64,000 nt of DNA from an uncultured Agathobaculum sp. (GCA_944380975.1 CALWJK010000002.1:37766-101765), one strand, 5' to 3'; numbered from the stretch's first letter, positions 34,215-44,851 are shown. Notes: generated by a model not told the origin, from the sequence alone. A program made the numbers and translations.

Positions 34215-35073
34215 TATTCTGAAGTATTTCATGAAACCGAAGGCTGAAGAATACGAGCTGCCGGATGAGGAACAACTGGTCAGCCAGTTGGAGGAGATGA
34301 TCCGCCTCAAAGAAAGCGTTCCCAGCGAGGGAGCGGACGGTGGAAAGCCTGCGCAGGAAGCGAAAGCAGTGCATACTGCTGAAGCGGAAGCGCAGGAGGA
34401 AGAAATACAGGAGCCGGAAAGCGGCAGCTTTGAGCGAGCGCTTTCTATGGCGCAGGCACAGGCAGATGAATTGATCCGGAATGCGCAGGCGCAGGCCGAG
34501 CATATCATAGAACAGGCAAAGCAAGCAGCCGAAGCTGAGGTGGCAAGAATCCACCAACAGGCATCGGAAGAAGGCTATAACCAAGGCTATGTAGAAGGTC
34601 AGCGCAAAGGCCAGCAAGAGGCATCCGCCGCGATGCACAAAGCGGCACAGGAATCTGTGGAGGCGGTGCAGCGGTTTCTCACGCAGGCAAGCAATATGCG
34701 CGATGAGAAGATAGATAAGCTGAGCGGCGAACTACTGGATGTTGCGGTGACGGTGGCGGAAAAGGTGATTCACGTTAGTCTAAAAAGCAGCGAAGAAATC
34801 ATCAAACGCATGATCGTTGCGGCGACAGAAAAGTTAAAGCGCCGCGAATGGGTGCAGATATATGTTGCAGACTGCGATGTAAAGGGTGTCGCGCAAAGTG
34901 ATCCATCTCTCTCTGCGGCGCTGTCCAGTTTATCTGATCATATCAAGATCGTACCCATGCGGGATGCCGAATCAGGAACCTGCATTGTGGAAATGCCCGA
35001 TGAGATCATTGATGCAAGTGCGTCAACGCAGCTGGAAAATATCCGTTCGGTTATCCATGAGAACTTTTCATAG
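34198..35073 (+). CDS. fliH: Flagellar export apparatus protein FliH
   Basis: E/A/Q-rich coiled N-terminal half and a FliH-type C-terminal domain. Sits between fliG and fliI. Confidence 0.85.
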   Translation: MRSLPSILKYFMKPKAEEYELPDEEQLVSQLEEMIRLKESVPSEGADGGKPAQEAKAVHTAEAEAQEEEIQEPESGSFERALSMAQAQADELIRNAQAQAEHIIEQAKQAAEAEVARIHQQASEEGYNQGYVEGQRKGQQEASAAMHKAAQESVEAVQRFLTQASNMRDEKIDKLSGELLDVAVTVAEKVIHVSLKSSEEIIKRMIVAATEKLKRREWVQIYVADCDVKGVAQSDPSLSAALSSLSDHIKIVPMRDAESGTCIVEMPDEIIDASASTQLENIRSVIHENFS

Positions 35074-35093
35074 CCTGTTCGGGGAGAAAACCT

Positions 35094-36395
35094 ATGTTTG
35101 AGCAAGTCATTCAACAAATTAAAGACGGTGATATGCTGAGTCGCACTGGTAAAATCGAGAACATCGTCGGTATGTCGATCGAGGCATCGGGTGGCCGCGG
35201 GGCAATCGGTGATATTTGCCGCATTTACTCGGCGGAATCGAACAGCCAGGTGTTGGCTGAGGTGGTTGGCTTCAAAAGCGACCGCATGCTGCTCATGCCG
35301 TATCAAAATATGAATGGACTTGCACCTGGCAGCTTTGTCCGCAACACAGGACGGCGGCTGCGGTTACAGGTAGGAGATTTCCTCCGCGGGAGAATCATCA
35401 ATGCAATGGGGAAACCCATTGACGGGCTGGAGCCCTTCCCGGAAGGGGACAGTTATTATGTGGACAGCCCATATATCAACCCGTTGACGCGTCCGCCGAT
35501 TCGGGAGCGTGTGGACTTTGGCGTGCGTGCCATTGACTCCACGCTGACGATTGGTAAAGGACAGCGTATCGGCATTTTTGCAGGTTCTGGTGTTGGTAAG
35601 TCTACACTGATGGGCATGATCGCAAAAAATGTTAAAACGGACATCAACGTCATCGCGCTGGTTGGCGAACGTGGACGTGAGGTGCTGGAATTCGTTCAGA
35701 AGGATCTGGGCGAGGAAGGCATGCGGCGTTCGGTTCTGGTGGTTGCGACCTCCGATCAGCCTGCCATGCTGCGTATGAAATGCCCGTCAGTTGCGACGGC
35801 TATCGCGGAGTATTTCCGGGATCAGGGAAAAGATGTTTTGCTGATGATGGATTCGCTGACGCGTTTTGCCATGGCGCAGCGTGAAATCGGCCTTGCGGTT
35901 GGTGAACCGCCGGTGGCACGCGGCTATACGCCGTCCATCTATGCAGAGCTTCCCAAATTGCTAGAGCGAAGCGGTAATTTTGAGCGCGGTTCTATCACTG
36001 GCGTTTACACCGTACTGGTAGAAGGCGACGACACCAATGAGCCGATTGCAGATACTGTTCGAGGTATTCTGGATGGACATATCGTTTTGTCGCGTAAGCT
36101 CGCCAACGCAAACCATTTTCCAGCGATTGACGTATCGGCTAGCATTTCCCGTTTGATGGTTGAGATCGTTTCTCCGAAACATAGGGAATTGGCCAGTAAG
36201 TTGCGCGATATCTTGAGCGTCTATGAGAAAAACGAGGATTTGTTGTCCATCGGCGCTTATAAGGCGGGCACAAACCCTCGACTCGATTATGCGATTTCAA
36301 AGATCGATCAGATCAATGCGTTTCTGATGCAGGGTATCAATGAATCATTCAGTTATGATGACAGTCTGCACCAGTTGGAAACGATTTTACAGTAA
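35094..36395 (+). CDS. fliI: Flagellum-specific ATPase FliI
   Basis: Walker A GIFAGSGVGKSTL and Walker B DVLLMMDSLTRFA. T3SS/F1-type ATPase. Confidence 0.97.
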   Translation: MFEQVIQQIKDGDMLSRTGKIENIVGMSIEASGGRGAIGDICRIYSAESNSQVLAEVVGFKSDRMLLMPYQNMNGLAPGSFVRNTGRRLRLQVGDFLRGRIINAMGKPIDGLEPFPEGDSYYVDSPYINPLTRPPIRERVDFGVRAIDSTLTIGKGQRIGIFAGSGVGKSTLMGMIAKNVKTDINVIALVGERGREVLEFVQKDLGEEGMRRSVLVVATSDQPAMLRMKCPSVATAIAEYFRDQGKDVLLMMDSLTRFAMAQREIGLAVGEPPVARGYTPSIYAELPKLLERSGNFERGSITGVYTVLVEGDDTNEPIADTVRGILDGHIVLSRKLANANHFPAIDVSASISRLMVEIVSPKHRELASKLRDILSVYEKNEDLLSIGAYKAGTNPRLDYAISKIDQINAFLMQGINESFSYDDSLHQLETILQ

Positions 36396-36432
36396 TTCTT
36401 GAAGGAATGCGAAAGAAAAGGGGATGATTCCA

Positions 36433-36888
36433 ATGAAGAAGTTCCGTTTCTCCATGGAAACAGTGCTGCACTACCGGGAACAGCTTCTGGATACGCTCCG
36501 TATCGAGCATGCGGCTGCTATTGCGCGTGTACGCGAACAGGAAGCGGTTGTCGCAGCGTTGCAGCAGCGGTTTGACGAAGTCAATCAGGAATATCGAGAG
36601 AAAAAGCAGCAGGGCATGACGATTGCAGATGCCGTCGGATATGACCTGATGCTGCAAGTACAGGAAATGGAGATCCAAAAGGCACAGGAAACGCTGGCTT
36701 TACGCAAAAGAGAAGAAGAAAGCAAGCGGAATGAAGTTATTCATGCCAAAACGGATAAAGCAACCATTGAAAAGCTCAAAGAAAAGAAGTGGCAGCTTTA
36801 TCAAAAGTCTGTGCAAAAGAGCGAAGAACAGTTTATTGATGAGTTTGTATCCAACGCCCGTGTGATGGCAGGCGCAGCGGTCCATTAA
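36433..36888 (+). CDS. fliJ: Flagellar export chaperone/stalk FliJ
   Basis: ~150-aa coiled-coil protein after fliI, starting MKKFRFSMETVLHYRE. Confidence 0.85.
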   Translation: MKKFRFSMETVLHYREQLLDTLRIEHAAAIARVREQEAVVAALQQRFDEVNQEYREKKQQGMTIADAVGYDLMLQVQEMEIQKAQETLALRKREEESKRNEVIHAKTDKATIEKLKEKKWQLYQKSVQKSEEQFIDEFVSNARVMAGAAVH

Positions 36889-36959
36889 ATGGGCGTTGCG
36901 GGCGTTGTCACAAAGCCGCGCCTGTCCTTATCCTTAGGTGAAAGGAGGTGAGAGAGAAA

Positions 36960-38092
36960 TGAATATGGAGCAGATCAACATGATGATGCAGATGATCATG
37001 CAGCAAGGTCAGGTGTCTGGTTCCAACACTGGCAAGGATTCGAATGGGGATTCTTTTCAGGACATGATGTCGCAGAAGCAAGACGCGGTATCGTCCAATA
37101 AACCCAGTTCGAACGATCAGCAGACACAGTCGAAACCGGCGCAGAATGACAAAACGCAGCAGACCGATCAGCAAACTCCGCAGGAGAATGTCCCGGAAGT
37201 TTCCGATGATGTGCGGCAGGCTATGGCGGCTTTGTTACTCCAGCCATATGTGGTGCAGGATGTTGCAGTGCAGCAGACCGCGCAGGAGAATGTGGATATG
37301 GTAGCCACAATGCCTACAGTGGACGCAGCAGTCGCTCAGACCGTGCAAACCGCAGTGGCAGGCGAGACGATGGCTCCCGCAGTACAGCAGGAGGCAGCGC
37401 AGCCGACCGTGCAAGTCCCGCAGCAGGCAGCGCCTGAGCAGATGCAGACCGCTCCCGAGGTCACGGCACCGCAGGAGGGCGTGCAGCAGCAAGGTTTGCA
37501 GAATGCATCGGCACAGACTGAGCAGCAATCGACCGGAGAGGCCGCTACCGAACAGAAAATGGTAGAAGTAGACCAGCCGGACGATCAATCTGTTGTTGTG
37601 ACGAAGCAGGAGCAGCCTTTGTTCCGTGATGTGGAGACCGTACCCGTCAAGGTGGGCGATGCTACGCCGACGGTCGACGTCAATGCACCGGATATGGAGA
37701 AGCAGCTTGCAGATACCATTCAGGCAAAGCTGAATACCGTGGGTGACAAGGTGCAGATCCAATTGCAGCCGGAAAACCTCGGTCATATCACAATCGAACT
37801 AGTGCAGCATGGCGGCAAAATGGGCTTGGTGATTTTTGCGGATAATGCAAAGACCACTTCGCTGCTGGCGCAGCATGCAGGCAATCTGGGCGCGTTGCTG
37901 GAAGACCGTACCGGCCAGACAGTGCATGTTCAGGTGCAGCAGCAGGAGCCGGAGCAGCCGCAGTATGATGGACACAACCAGCAGAACCGGCAGCAGCAGG
38001 AAGAGCAATCCCATCCGAAGCAGAGCAAAGCGGAGCAAGACAGTTTTCTGGGTCAACTGCGCCTAGGGCTTTATCAACTCGATGCGGTTTGA
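36960..38092 (+). CDS. fliK: Hook-length control protein FliK
   Basis: Q/P-rich N-terminal half. C-terminal Flg_hook-type segment LQPENLGHITIELVQHGGKMGLVIFADN. ATG 36960 follows AAGGAGGTG. Confidence 0.85.
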
Positions 38093-38114
38093 TGAAAGGA
38101 AGTGAGAAAGTATA

Positions 38115-38711
38115 ATGAGCTATATGAGCGATTTGTTTACTCCTACGATAGCGAGAACCTCTAATCAGAACACAAATGCTTATAATAACAGTAAGCAGAC
38201 AAACAAAGCCTCGGATGCAGATACGGATAATAATGTCGGTTATTTGAAGGATAGCAGCGCGGATAATCTGACGCTGACGATGGAGGACTTTCTTCAGATG
38301 ATGATTGTCCAGTTCCAGAATCAGGATATTGATAATCCGGCGTCTACAAGCGATATGATGAATCAGCTGCTTTCGATGTCGACGATTCAGTCTATGGCAA
38401 CCATGACGGACGCGGCGACGATGTCCTATGCGGCTTCTCTGGTTGGCAAGACGGTTACGATTGGTGAATACACCAGCGGCACCGGCTTGAACGAAATTGT
38501 CGGTGAAGTAACCGGTACGGGAACGTATAACGGCGAACAGGTCATTTTTGTGAATGGTAAGTCGTATTCACTCAGCTCCATTATGGCGGTTGGTAAATTG
38601 CCGGAGGAAGAAGACGGAGGAGACACGGATCTGCCTGATCCGGATAACCCGGATCCTGATTTTGGGGTTGACCCGGACAAACAGCTTCCCGATCCTTTGA
38701 ACGCGGAGTGA
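38115..38711 (+). CDS. flgD: Hook capping protein FlgD
   Basis: FlgD motif LTMEDFLQMMIVQFQNQDIDNP. Confidence 0.9.
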   Translation: MSYMSDLFTPTIARTSNQNTNAYNNSKQTNKASDADTDNNVGYLKDSSADNLTLTMEDFLQMMIVQFQNQDIDNPASTSDMMNQLLSMSTIQSMATMTDAATMSYAASLVGKTVTIGEYTSGTGLNEIVGEVTGTGTYNGEQVIFVNGKSYSLSSIMAVGKLPEEEDGGDTDLPDPDNPDPDFGVDPDKQLPDPLNAE

Positions 38712-38739
38712 ATCCGGGTAGGAAAGATGGCGATAAAAA

Positions 38740-39129
38740 ATGATTGACCGAATTAGTGGAAGCAGTTCATTAGGCCAACCATTACAACAGACAGCGCAGA
38801 CCTCAGCAGGTACTTTTGGTGATCTGCTTCGGCAGCGAATGGAGCAGCTCGGCACGGCGCAGCAAACAACGCCGACCGTGGAGTTTTCCAAGCATGCGCA
38901 ACAGCGCGCAGAGGAGCGGGGTATCGAGATGACCGACGATCTGATGAGTCAGCTGGCGCATTCTGTTGGTAAGGCGCAGGAAAAAGGCGCCAAGAATATT
39001 TTGGTGCTGGATGCAGGGCGTGCGTTTATTGTAAACGTGCCGCAAAGTAAAGTGATTACAGCCATTTCACAAGATGAAATGCGCGACAATGTATTTACCA
39101 ATATAGACGGTGCTGTTCTTCTTCGGTAA
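38740..39129 (+). CDS. Small conserved flagellar operon protein (flgD-flgE slot)
   Basis: VEFSKHAQQRAEERGIEMT... is a pattern typical of the small protein found between flgD and flgE in Firmicutes and spirochaetes. Confidence 0.7.
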   Translation: MIDRISGSSSLGQPLQQTAQTSAGTFGDLLRQRMEQLGTAQQTTPTVEFSKHAQQRAEERGIEMTDDLMSQLAHSVGKAQEKGAKNILVLDAGRAFIVNVPQSKVITAISQDEMRDNVFTNIDGAVLLR

Positions 39130-39220
39130 GAAAGCAGGTCCTTTTTAGGGTGCTTTGGAAGCTTGTCCGTATGACGGCTGCCGACCGCACCGTATGAATT
39201 GGAAGGAGCAAATATAACTT

Positions 39221-40315
39221 ATGACAGGTTCTATGTACGCTGCAATTGCGGGTTTGCAGACCCACATGCAGAAAATGAATGTAATCGGCAACAACATTGC
39301 CAATGCCAATACATATGGCTTTAAGCCGGGCGTTACTTCGTTCAGCGAGTCTATGTATACTTCGATCAGCAACAGTACGGCGGGCGGTACCCAGTATGGT
39401 GGTACCAACGCATCTCAGATCGGCTATGGCTCGCAAGTTGCCTCCATTGATTTGAATATGTCTGGCGGCACCTATGCGCCGACCGGTATCAATTCCAACC
39501 TCTATTTGAATGGCAATGGTTTCTTTATGGTTGGTCCGAAGCCGGATGAGGATGTTGGTTATGAGCCGGATCCGAATAATCTGACGCTCAAGCGAGTTGG
39601 TAATTTCTTCTTAGATTCGGATGGTTATCTGGTCGATAACAATGGTTATTGTGTCTATGGCTTTATGCCGCAGGGCGATGCAAACGGTAACTTGTCCAAA
39701 GATGCCGATGGAAATGTGCAATGGGATACCTGCTTGCGTCCGATTCGTTTGCCGGTTTCTGCACCGGCGAGTGATGCTGGTACGGGCATTAAAGAAGGCG
39801 GTGCGTTGTATCCGACATTAAATCCTGATGACAATACCCTGACGTGGCCGGATGTTGATGGCACGGCTGCCGATGAAGATAAGCGTGTAAACGTGCAAAG
39901 TGTTAACTTAAGTGTTGATAAAAACGGCCTTATCACTGCGGTAACGCAAGATAATCAGGCGCTTACCGTCGGCATTATCCCGATTGGCAGCGTTGTTAAC
40001 CCGAATGGCCTGACCAAGGAAAGCGATGGCTATTATAGGGCTGGCAACAACGCAGGCGACGTTGTAGTGGGTACTTGTGGCGGTACCGTCGTAGGTGCAC
40101 TCAATAATAATACTGACGTAGACGATACCGAAAGAATTGTACTCACCGGTGCTGGAAAGACCCAGATCCTGTCGGGTGGCTTGGAGTCCTCCAAGACGGA
40201 CGTTGCAACGGAATTTGCTGATCTGATCACGACACAGCGCGGTTTCCAGGCAAATACCAAGATCATTACTGTAACAGATGAAATGTTGTCCGATCTGGTT
40301 AGTATGAAACGTTAA
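39221..40315 (+). CDS. flgE: Flagellar hook protein FlgE
   Basis: N terminus MYAAIAGLQTHMQKMNVIGNNIANANTYGFK. C terminus LESSKTDVATEFADLITTQRGFQANTKIITVTDEML. Confidence 0.95.
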   Translation: MTGSMYAAIAGLQTHMQKMNVIGNNIANANTYGFKPGVTSFSESMYTSISNSTAGGTQYGGTNASQIGYGSQVASIDLNMSGGTYAPTGINSNLYLNGNGFFMVGPKPDEDVGYEPDPNNLTLKRVGNFFLDSDGYLVDNNGYCVYGFMPQGDANGNLSKDADGNVQWDTCLRPIRLPVSAPASDAGTGIKEGGALYPTLNPDDNTLTWPDVDGTAADEDKRVNVQSVNLSVDKNGLITAVTQDNQALTVGIIPIGSVVNPNGLTKESDGYYRAGNNAGDVVVGTCGGTVVGALNNNTDVDDTERIVLTGAGKTQILSGGLESSKTDVATEFADLITTQRGFQANTKIITVTDEMLSDLVSMKR

Positions 40316-40416
40316 TGATTCTCTTGTGAGATATATCGCGTAAATGAAGGCGGCCGGGGGCGCGTATTGCGCCCCCCAAAGCCTGAAATCTTCTGAAGTG
40401 GGGAAAGGTGAACGAC

Positions 40417-40644
40417 ATGATCCGGCTGACAAAACTGAACAGAGAACCATTTTTATTGAACCATATGCAGATTGAGACAATTGAAATGATTCCTGAAACT
40501 AAAATCATTATGATGAACCATGATTATTATATCGTACGGGAAACGCCGGAGGCAGTGGTTCGCCAGATTGAAAACTACACCGCACGCGTGCGGGATATTT
40601 ACCGTGAAATCACGATCTCCGATAAACGCGGAGACTTAATATAG
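40417..40644 (+). CDS. flbD: Flagellar protein FlbD
   Basis: MIRLTKLNREPFLLNHMQIETIEMIPETKI is a typical FlbD sequence. Precedes motA. Confidence 0.88.
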   Translation: MIRLTKLNREPFLLNHMQIETIEMIPETKIIMMNHDYYIVRETPEAVVRQIENYTARVRDIYREITISDKRGDLI

Positions 40645-40704
40645 ATACAACTGCATTCTGACAGCTCGTCTTTGGACGGATTCAGATTGGGGGACGTGTA
40701 AGAA

Positions 40705-41541
40705 ATGAATTTAACATTTATTTTGGGTATCGTTGGCGGCATTATTTTGCTTGTTTTAGGTATGTCAATCGGCGGCGATCCGGGACCGTTTGACTTTACA
40801 CAGCTTACCAACTTTGGTGATGCCGCCAGTGTTTTTATTGTTTTGGGTGGTACGTTAGCAACAATTATTGCAGGTCATCCTGGAAAAATGTTGGCAAAAT
40901 TTCCAAAGCATATTGGAATCATTTTGAACCAGAAAAAATTCAATTCATCGGCTATTATTGACGAGATTGTTGAGTTTGCGCAGATTGCTCGTAAAAATGG
41001 TCTTCTGGCACTGGAAGAGCGTGCCAATCAGTTGGAAGATCCGTTTTTTAAGAAAAGTATTATGTTGATCGTGGATGGTAACGATTCCGATAAGGTGCGG
41101 GATATGCTGACAAGCGATATCGAGCAGCTGAGCACGCGACATGATGATGTTGCTTCCATGTACGAGAAGGCATCTGCGGCTGCACCGGCTTTCGGTATGG
41201 TTGGTACGCTGATCGGTCTGATTAACATGCTGGTTAATATGGATCCGGAAGGCGGTTCCTCCAATATTGGTAAGGATATGGGTGTTGCGTTGATTACTAC
41301 GTTCTATGGCGTTATTTTGGCTAACCTGGTTTTTAACCCGATTGCCAACAACCTGCGTACCCGAGATGAGGAAGAATGCCTCTGCAGACAGTTGATCGTC
41401 GAGGGTGTTATGGCGATCCAGTCTGGTGAAAATCCGAAGTTTATTCGTGAAAAGCTGGAGGGCTATCTGGAGCAGAATGCAACAGGTGGCGGCTCTGAGA
41501 AGAAAAAAGGGCGCGGGGGCCGAGGCAAGGAGCAGGAATAA
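40705..41541 (+). CDS. motA: Flagellar stator protein MotA
   Basis: Four predicted TM segments and the MotA/TolQ/ExbB motif AAPAFGMVGTLIGLINML. Confidence 0.93.
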   Translation: MNLTFILGIVGGIILLVLGMSIGGDPGPFDFTQLTNFGDAASVFIVLGGTLATIIAGHPGKMLAKFPKHIGIILNQKKFNSSAIIDEIVEFAQIARKNGLLALEERANQLEDPFFKKSIMLIVDGNDSDKVRDMLTSDIEQLSTRHDDVASMYEKASAAAPAFGMVGTLIGLINMLVNMDPEGGSSNIGKDMGVALITTFYGVILANLVFNPIANNLRTRDEEECLCRQLIVEGVMAIQSGENPKFIREKLEGYLEQNATGGGSEKKKGRGGRGKEQE

Positions 41542-41580
41542 ACGCTCTGCCTTGAAAGAAAGAGAAAGGAAGTCGCAGAT

Positions 41581-42357
41581 GTGAAAAGACGGAGAAAGGG
41601 TGGGGGCGGAGCTAACTGGCAGGATACATATGGTGATATGGTCACGCTGCTTCTCTGCTTTTTCGTTCTGCTGTATAGTATGTCCACCATCAATGAGACC
41701 AAATGGGCGATGATTGTGCAAAGCTTTAAGCGCGAATCTACGTCTGAAACGATGGGTACACCCGGTCAGGGCACTGGTCAGGAAAATGATGATACCAAGG
41801 ATGCCGAATTGATTTCACAGGCAGACGTCACTGCAGCGCTCAATCAGATTGCAATGGCGCTCAATGAATATAGTGAGAAGAATAATCTGCAGCAGCAGAT
41901 GTCAATCACACAGGGCGCGGACTATGTTTTTATCACGTTCCGTGACGCCGTATTTTTTGAAGGCGACAGTTATGTGCTGCTGGATTCAGGCAAGCGTATG
42001 CTGGATGAGGTGGCAAAAGCGATTGCGCCGCAAAATGAGTTGATCGATGAAATGCGTGTTATGGGACATACCTCGCAAGGCGATCCGTCAAAACCCAATA
42101 ATCCTACGGTTGACCGTTTTCTTGCCTCCAATCGTGCGGCAACGGTAACGGTGTATTTGCAAGAAAAGAACGTAATTGATCCGGATAAGCTGGTCAGTGT
42201 GGGATACGGGCAGTGGCGTCCGATTGCCGGTTTTGATACCGATGCGGAACGGGCTCAGAACCGCCGTGTCGAGATTATGATCACCGGTATGGACGCAGAC
42301 AGTGCGGAAACCAGCGTAGATCAGTATTTTACGATACGCGAAGGCGGAGCCGAGTAG
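41581..42357 (+). CDS. motB: Flagellar stator protein MotB
   Basis: N-terminal WQDTYGDMVTLLLCFFVLLYS (conserved Asp before the TM) and OmpA-like C terminus NRRVEIMI. GTG start after AAGGAAG. Confidence 0.92.
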   Translation: MKRRRKGGGGANWQDTYGDMVTLLLCFFVLLYSMSTINETKWAMIVQSFKRESTSETMGTPGQGTGQENDDTKDAELISQADVTAALNQIAMALNEYSEKNNLQQQMSITQGADYVFITFRDAVFFEGDSYVLLDSGKRMLDEVAKAIAPQNELIDEMRVMGHTSQGDPSKPNNPTVDRFLASNRAATVTVYLQEKNVIDPDKLVSVGYGQWRPIAGFDTDAERAQNRRVEIMITGMDADSAETSVDQYFTIREGGAE

Positions 42358-42383
42358 AGTAAAGAGTAAAAGGATTTGTTATA

Positions 42384-43415
42384 ATGTCTGAAGTTTTATC
42401 ACAAAGTCAGATTGATGCCCTGCTTGCTGCTGCGCGCAACGGCGACATGGACATGTCATCGACCGAAAAGGATAAATCCGAAGAAAAAAAGTATCCAAAA
42501 TACGATTTCTATAGCCCGAAAAAATTCACGCGCGATCGCTTGAAGATGATCAGCAGTATTTTTGAAAGCTATGTGCGGATTTTATCCTCCCGGTTGAATG
42601 CAATGCTGCACATGTCGTGCGAGTTGGAGGTTGACTCGGTAGAGGAGCAACGGTATTTTGAATTCTCAAATGCCTTGTCAGAGCGGGATGTACTGACGTT
42701 AGCACAAGATTCATTTGATGATACGGCGGAGAAGGAACCGATTCTCTTTCATATCACGACAGGCATCATGTTGAGTATGCTTGACCGGTTGCTCGGTGGA
42801 GATGGTGAAACCGAGGGAGAAGTGAGTTCGGATTATCAGTATACGGATATTGAATTGCGTCTGTATACCGATCTCATGACGAATTTGATTGACAGCCTGT
42901 CCAGTGCGTGGAAAAATTATATTGATCTCAACTTCCGATTTCAGAGAGTGGAGGTCAACCCCACGCTGGTGCAGTTGATCGGATTGGAAGAGGCTGTCGT
43001 CATTGTTGGTATCACAATTCGTACACCGGTGTGCAACGGTCGTTTCAGTATCGTTTTGCCGGGTACCATGCTTAGTGATGTGTTTGGCCAGATGAACCGA
43101 GAAACGGCAAGCATCTGGCAGACCAATCAACATGACAGCGAAGAGATTATGGATTACTTGCGTGGTTCAGATTTGGAGATTACGGCGGAGTTTCAGCATA
43201 CTACCCTGCGGCTGGAGGATATTTATCATCTGCATGTCGGGGACGTAATCTTTCTGGATCAGCCAAAAGATTCAAAAATCTTTTTGAATATTGGTGGAAA
43301 GCGATGGTTCGACGGCAAAATGGGAGTGTTTCAAAAGAATAAGGCGGTGCGGATAGACAATACTTACGTGCTATCCGACATGGAAAATGTGCAGGATGAA
43401 GGAGAGAGGCAGTAA
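42384..43415 (+). CDS. fliM: Flagellar motor switch protein FliM
   Basis: N-terminal LSQSQIDALL CheY-P-binding peptide. FliM middle domain and a SpoA-like C-terminal domain. Confidence 0.95.
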   Translation: MSEVLSQSQIDALLAAARNGDMDMSSTEKDKSEEKKYPKYDFYSPKKFTRDRLKMISSIFESYVRILSSRLNAMLHMSCELEVDSVEEQRYFEFSNALSERDVLTLAQDSFDDTAEKEPILFHITTGIMLSMLDRLLGGDGETEGEVSSDYQYTDIELRLYTDLMTNLIDSLSSAWKNYIDLNFRFQRVEVNPTLVQLIGLEEAVVIVGITIRTPVCNGRFSIVLPGTMLSDVFGQMNRETASIWQTNQHDSEEIMDYLRGSDLEITAEFQHTTLRLEDIYHLHVGDVIFLDQPKDSKIFLNIGGKRWFDGKMGVFQKNKAVRIDNTYVLSDMENVQDEGERQ

Positions 43416-43417
43416 GA

Positions 43418-44797
43418 ATGGGATCGAATGTATTTAGCCCAATGGCGATTGATGCGATTGGGGAAATCTTTAATATCAGTCTAGGCTCCTCCGCGACTGC
43501 GGTTTCCAATATGCTTGCGCGTCGTGTTGATATTACGACGCCGAGGGTAAGCGTGGTATCTGCACAGGACTTTACGCTGGGGGATTTGCAGCCTGCAATC
43601 GGTGTCAAGATTGACTATGTAGCAGGTCTGAGCGGCAGCAATATCATGCTGCTCAAGCGAAGCGACGTGCGGGCAATCGTTGATATCCTGATGGGCAGTA
43701 CGACCAAGGATGAGGACTTCCAGATCAACGAACTCAACATGAGCGCGATTTGTGAAGTCATGAATCAGATGATGGGTGCAGCCTCCACGGCGATGTCCGA
43801 CTTCCTCAATCGCATGGTCAACATTTCCACACCGCAGGCGTTTGAGATCGGCAGTTTGCATGAGTTCGTGGATAAGTATTTCCCGTCAAATGGCATGCTG
43901 GTTGTCGTTCGCTTCAAGTTCAGCATTGAAGATGCGGTGGAAAGCGAATTTATGAGTGCGCTCAGTATGGATTTGGTACGCGAACTGCTGAAGGGCTTTG
44001 GTATCGAAGGGGAAGATGTTGGCATGGGAGCTGATCTGGAATCTGAACCTGCGCCTGCCGTGCAGTCTGCTGTGGCAGCTGAACCGGAAGAGCCTCGCGA
44101 TAGCGGAGCACCTTTGAGCCAAGTGGAAATTGAAAAGCTGTTGGCTCAGAATATGGGCGGCGATCAGGCAGCAGAGCCCGAGCCGCAGCCGGCGGCACCG
44201 GCAGTAGTAGAGCAGCCGGCACAGCCGCAGGTAGCTGCTGCTCCCGCGCAGCCGCAAGCAGCGCCGCAGCAAACGCCTCCCGCTATGCCGCAGCAGCAGC
44301 CTGTAGCACAGACACAGCCGCAGCAAGCATCAGTTCCGCAGCCGATGCAGCAAATGCCGCCGGAAATGCAGCAGCAATATGCTGCTATGGGATATCCGCC
44401 GTATGGCATGCAGATGCCGTATCCGCCGATGTACTATATGCCGCCGCAGCAGCAGGCGGCGCCGGAGCCGAAAACTATTAAGACATCCAAGCCGGCTATG
44501 CCGAAGTTTGAGGAACGTGCTACCAGCCTGAACGAGGAGCAGGAAGGCAATCTGGATTTGCTGATGTCTGTTCCGGTAGATGTTTCGGTAGAAATCGGAC
44601 GGACGCGTCGTCGTGTCAAGGATATTTTGAATTACACCAAGGGTTCACTTGTGGTGTTGGACCGCTTGGCAGGTGACCGAGCAGACCTCTATGTCAATGG
44701 TAAGTGCATTGCCAAGGGCGATATTGTTGTCGTGGACGACAGTTTTGGATTGCGCATCGCCGAAATTATCGAGCCGCTTGCGCTGGAAGACCTCTAA
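43418..44797 (+). CDS. fliY: Switch protein/phosphatase FliY (CheC-like N domain, long Q/P-rich linker, FliN C domain)
   Basis: Two exact D/S-X3-E-X2-N-X22-P sites: DAIGEIFN...P and SAICEVMN...P. The C terminus, LLMSVPVDVSVEIGRT...GKCIAKGDIVVVDDSFGLRI, is FliN/SpoA-like. Confidence 0.93.
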   Translation: MGSNVFSPMAIDAIGEIFNISLGSSATAVSNMLARRVDITTPRVSVVSAQDFTLGDLQPAIGVKIDYVAGLSGSNIMLLKRSDVRAIVDILMGSTTKDEDFQINELNMSAICEVMNQMMGAASTAMSDFLNRMVNISTPQAFEIGSLHEFVDKYFPSNGMLVVVRFKFSIEDAVESEFMSALSMDLVRELLKGFGIEGEDVGMGADLESEPAPAVQSAVAAEPEEPRDSGAPLSQVEIEKLLAQNMGGDQAAEPEPQPAAPAVVEQPAQPQVAAAPAQPQAAPQQTPPAMPQQQPVAQTQPQQASVPQPMQQMPPEMQQQYAAMGYPPYGMQMPYPPMYYMPPQQQAAPEPKTIKTSKPAMPKFEERATSLNEEQEGNLDLLMSVPVDVSVEIGRTRRRVKDILNYTKGSLVVLDRLAGDRADLYVNGKCIAKGDIVVVDDSFGLRIAEIIEPLALEDL

Positions 44798-44851
44798 TAA
44801 GCAATAATACTTCATATATTATTTTGAAAAATGAAAAGGATGGGATGAACC

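Noticed and set aside
31784-34508. Two long - strand ORFs (494 aa and 439 aa).
   Set aside because: They lie antisense to fliF, fliG and fliH. The + strand genes have strong family signatures and operon-consistent spacing.
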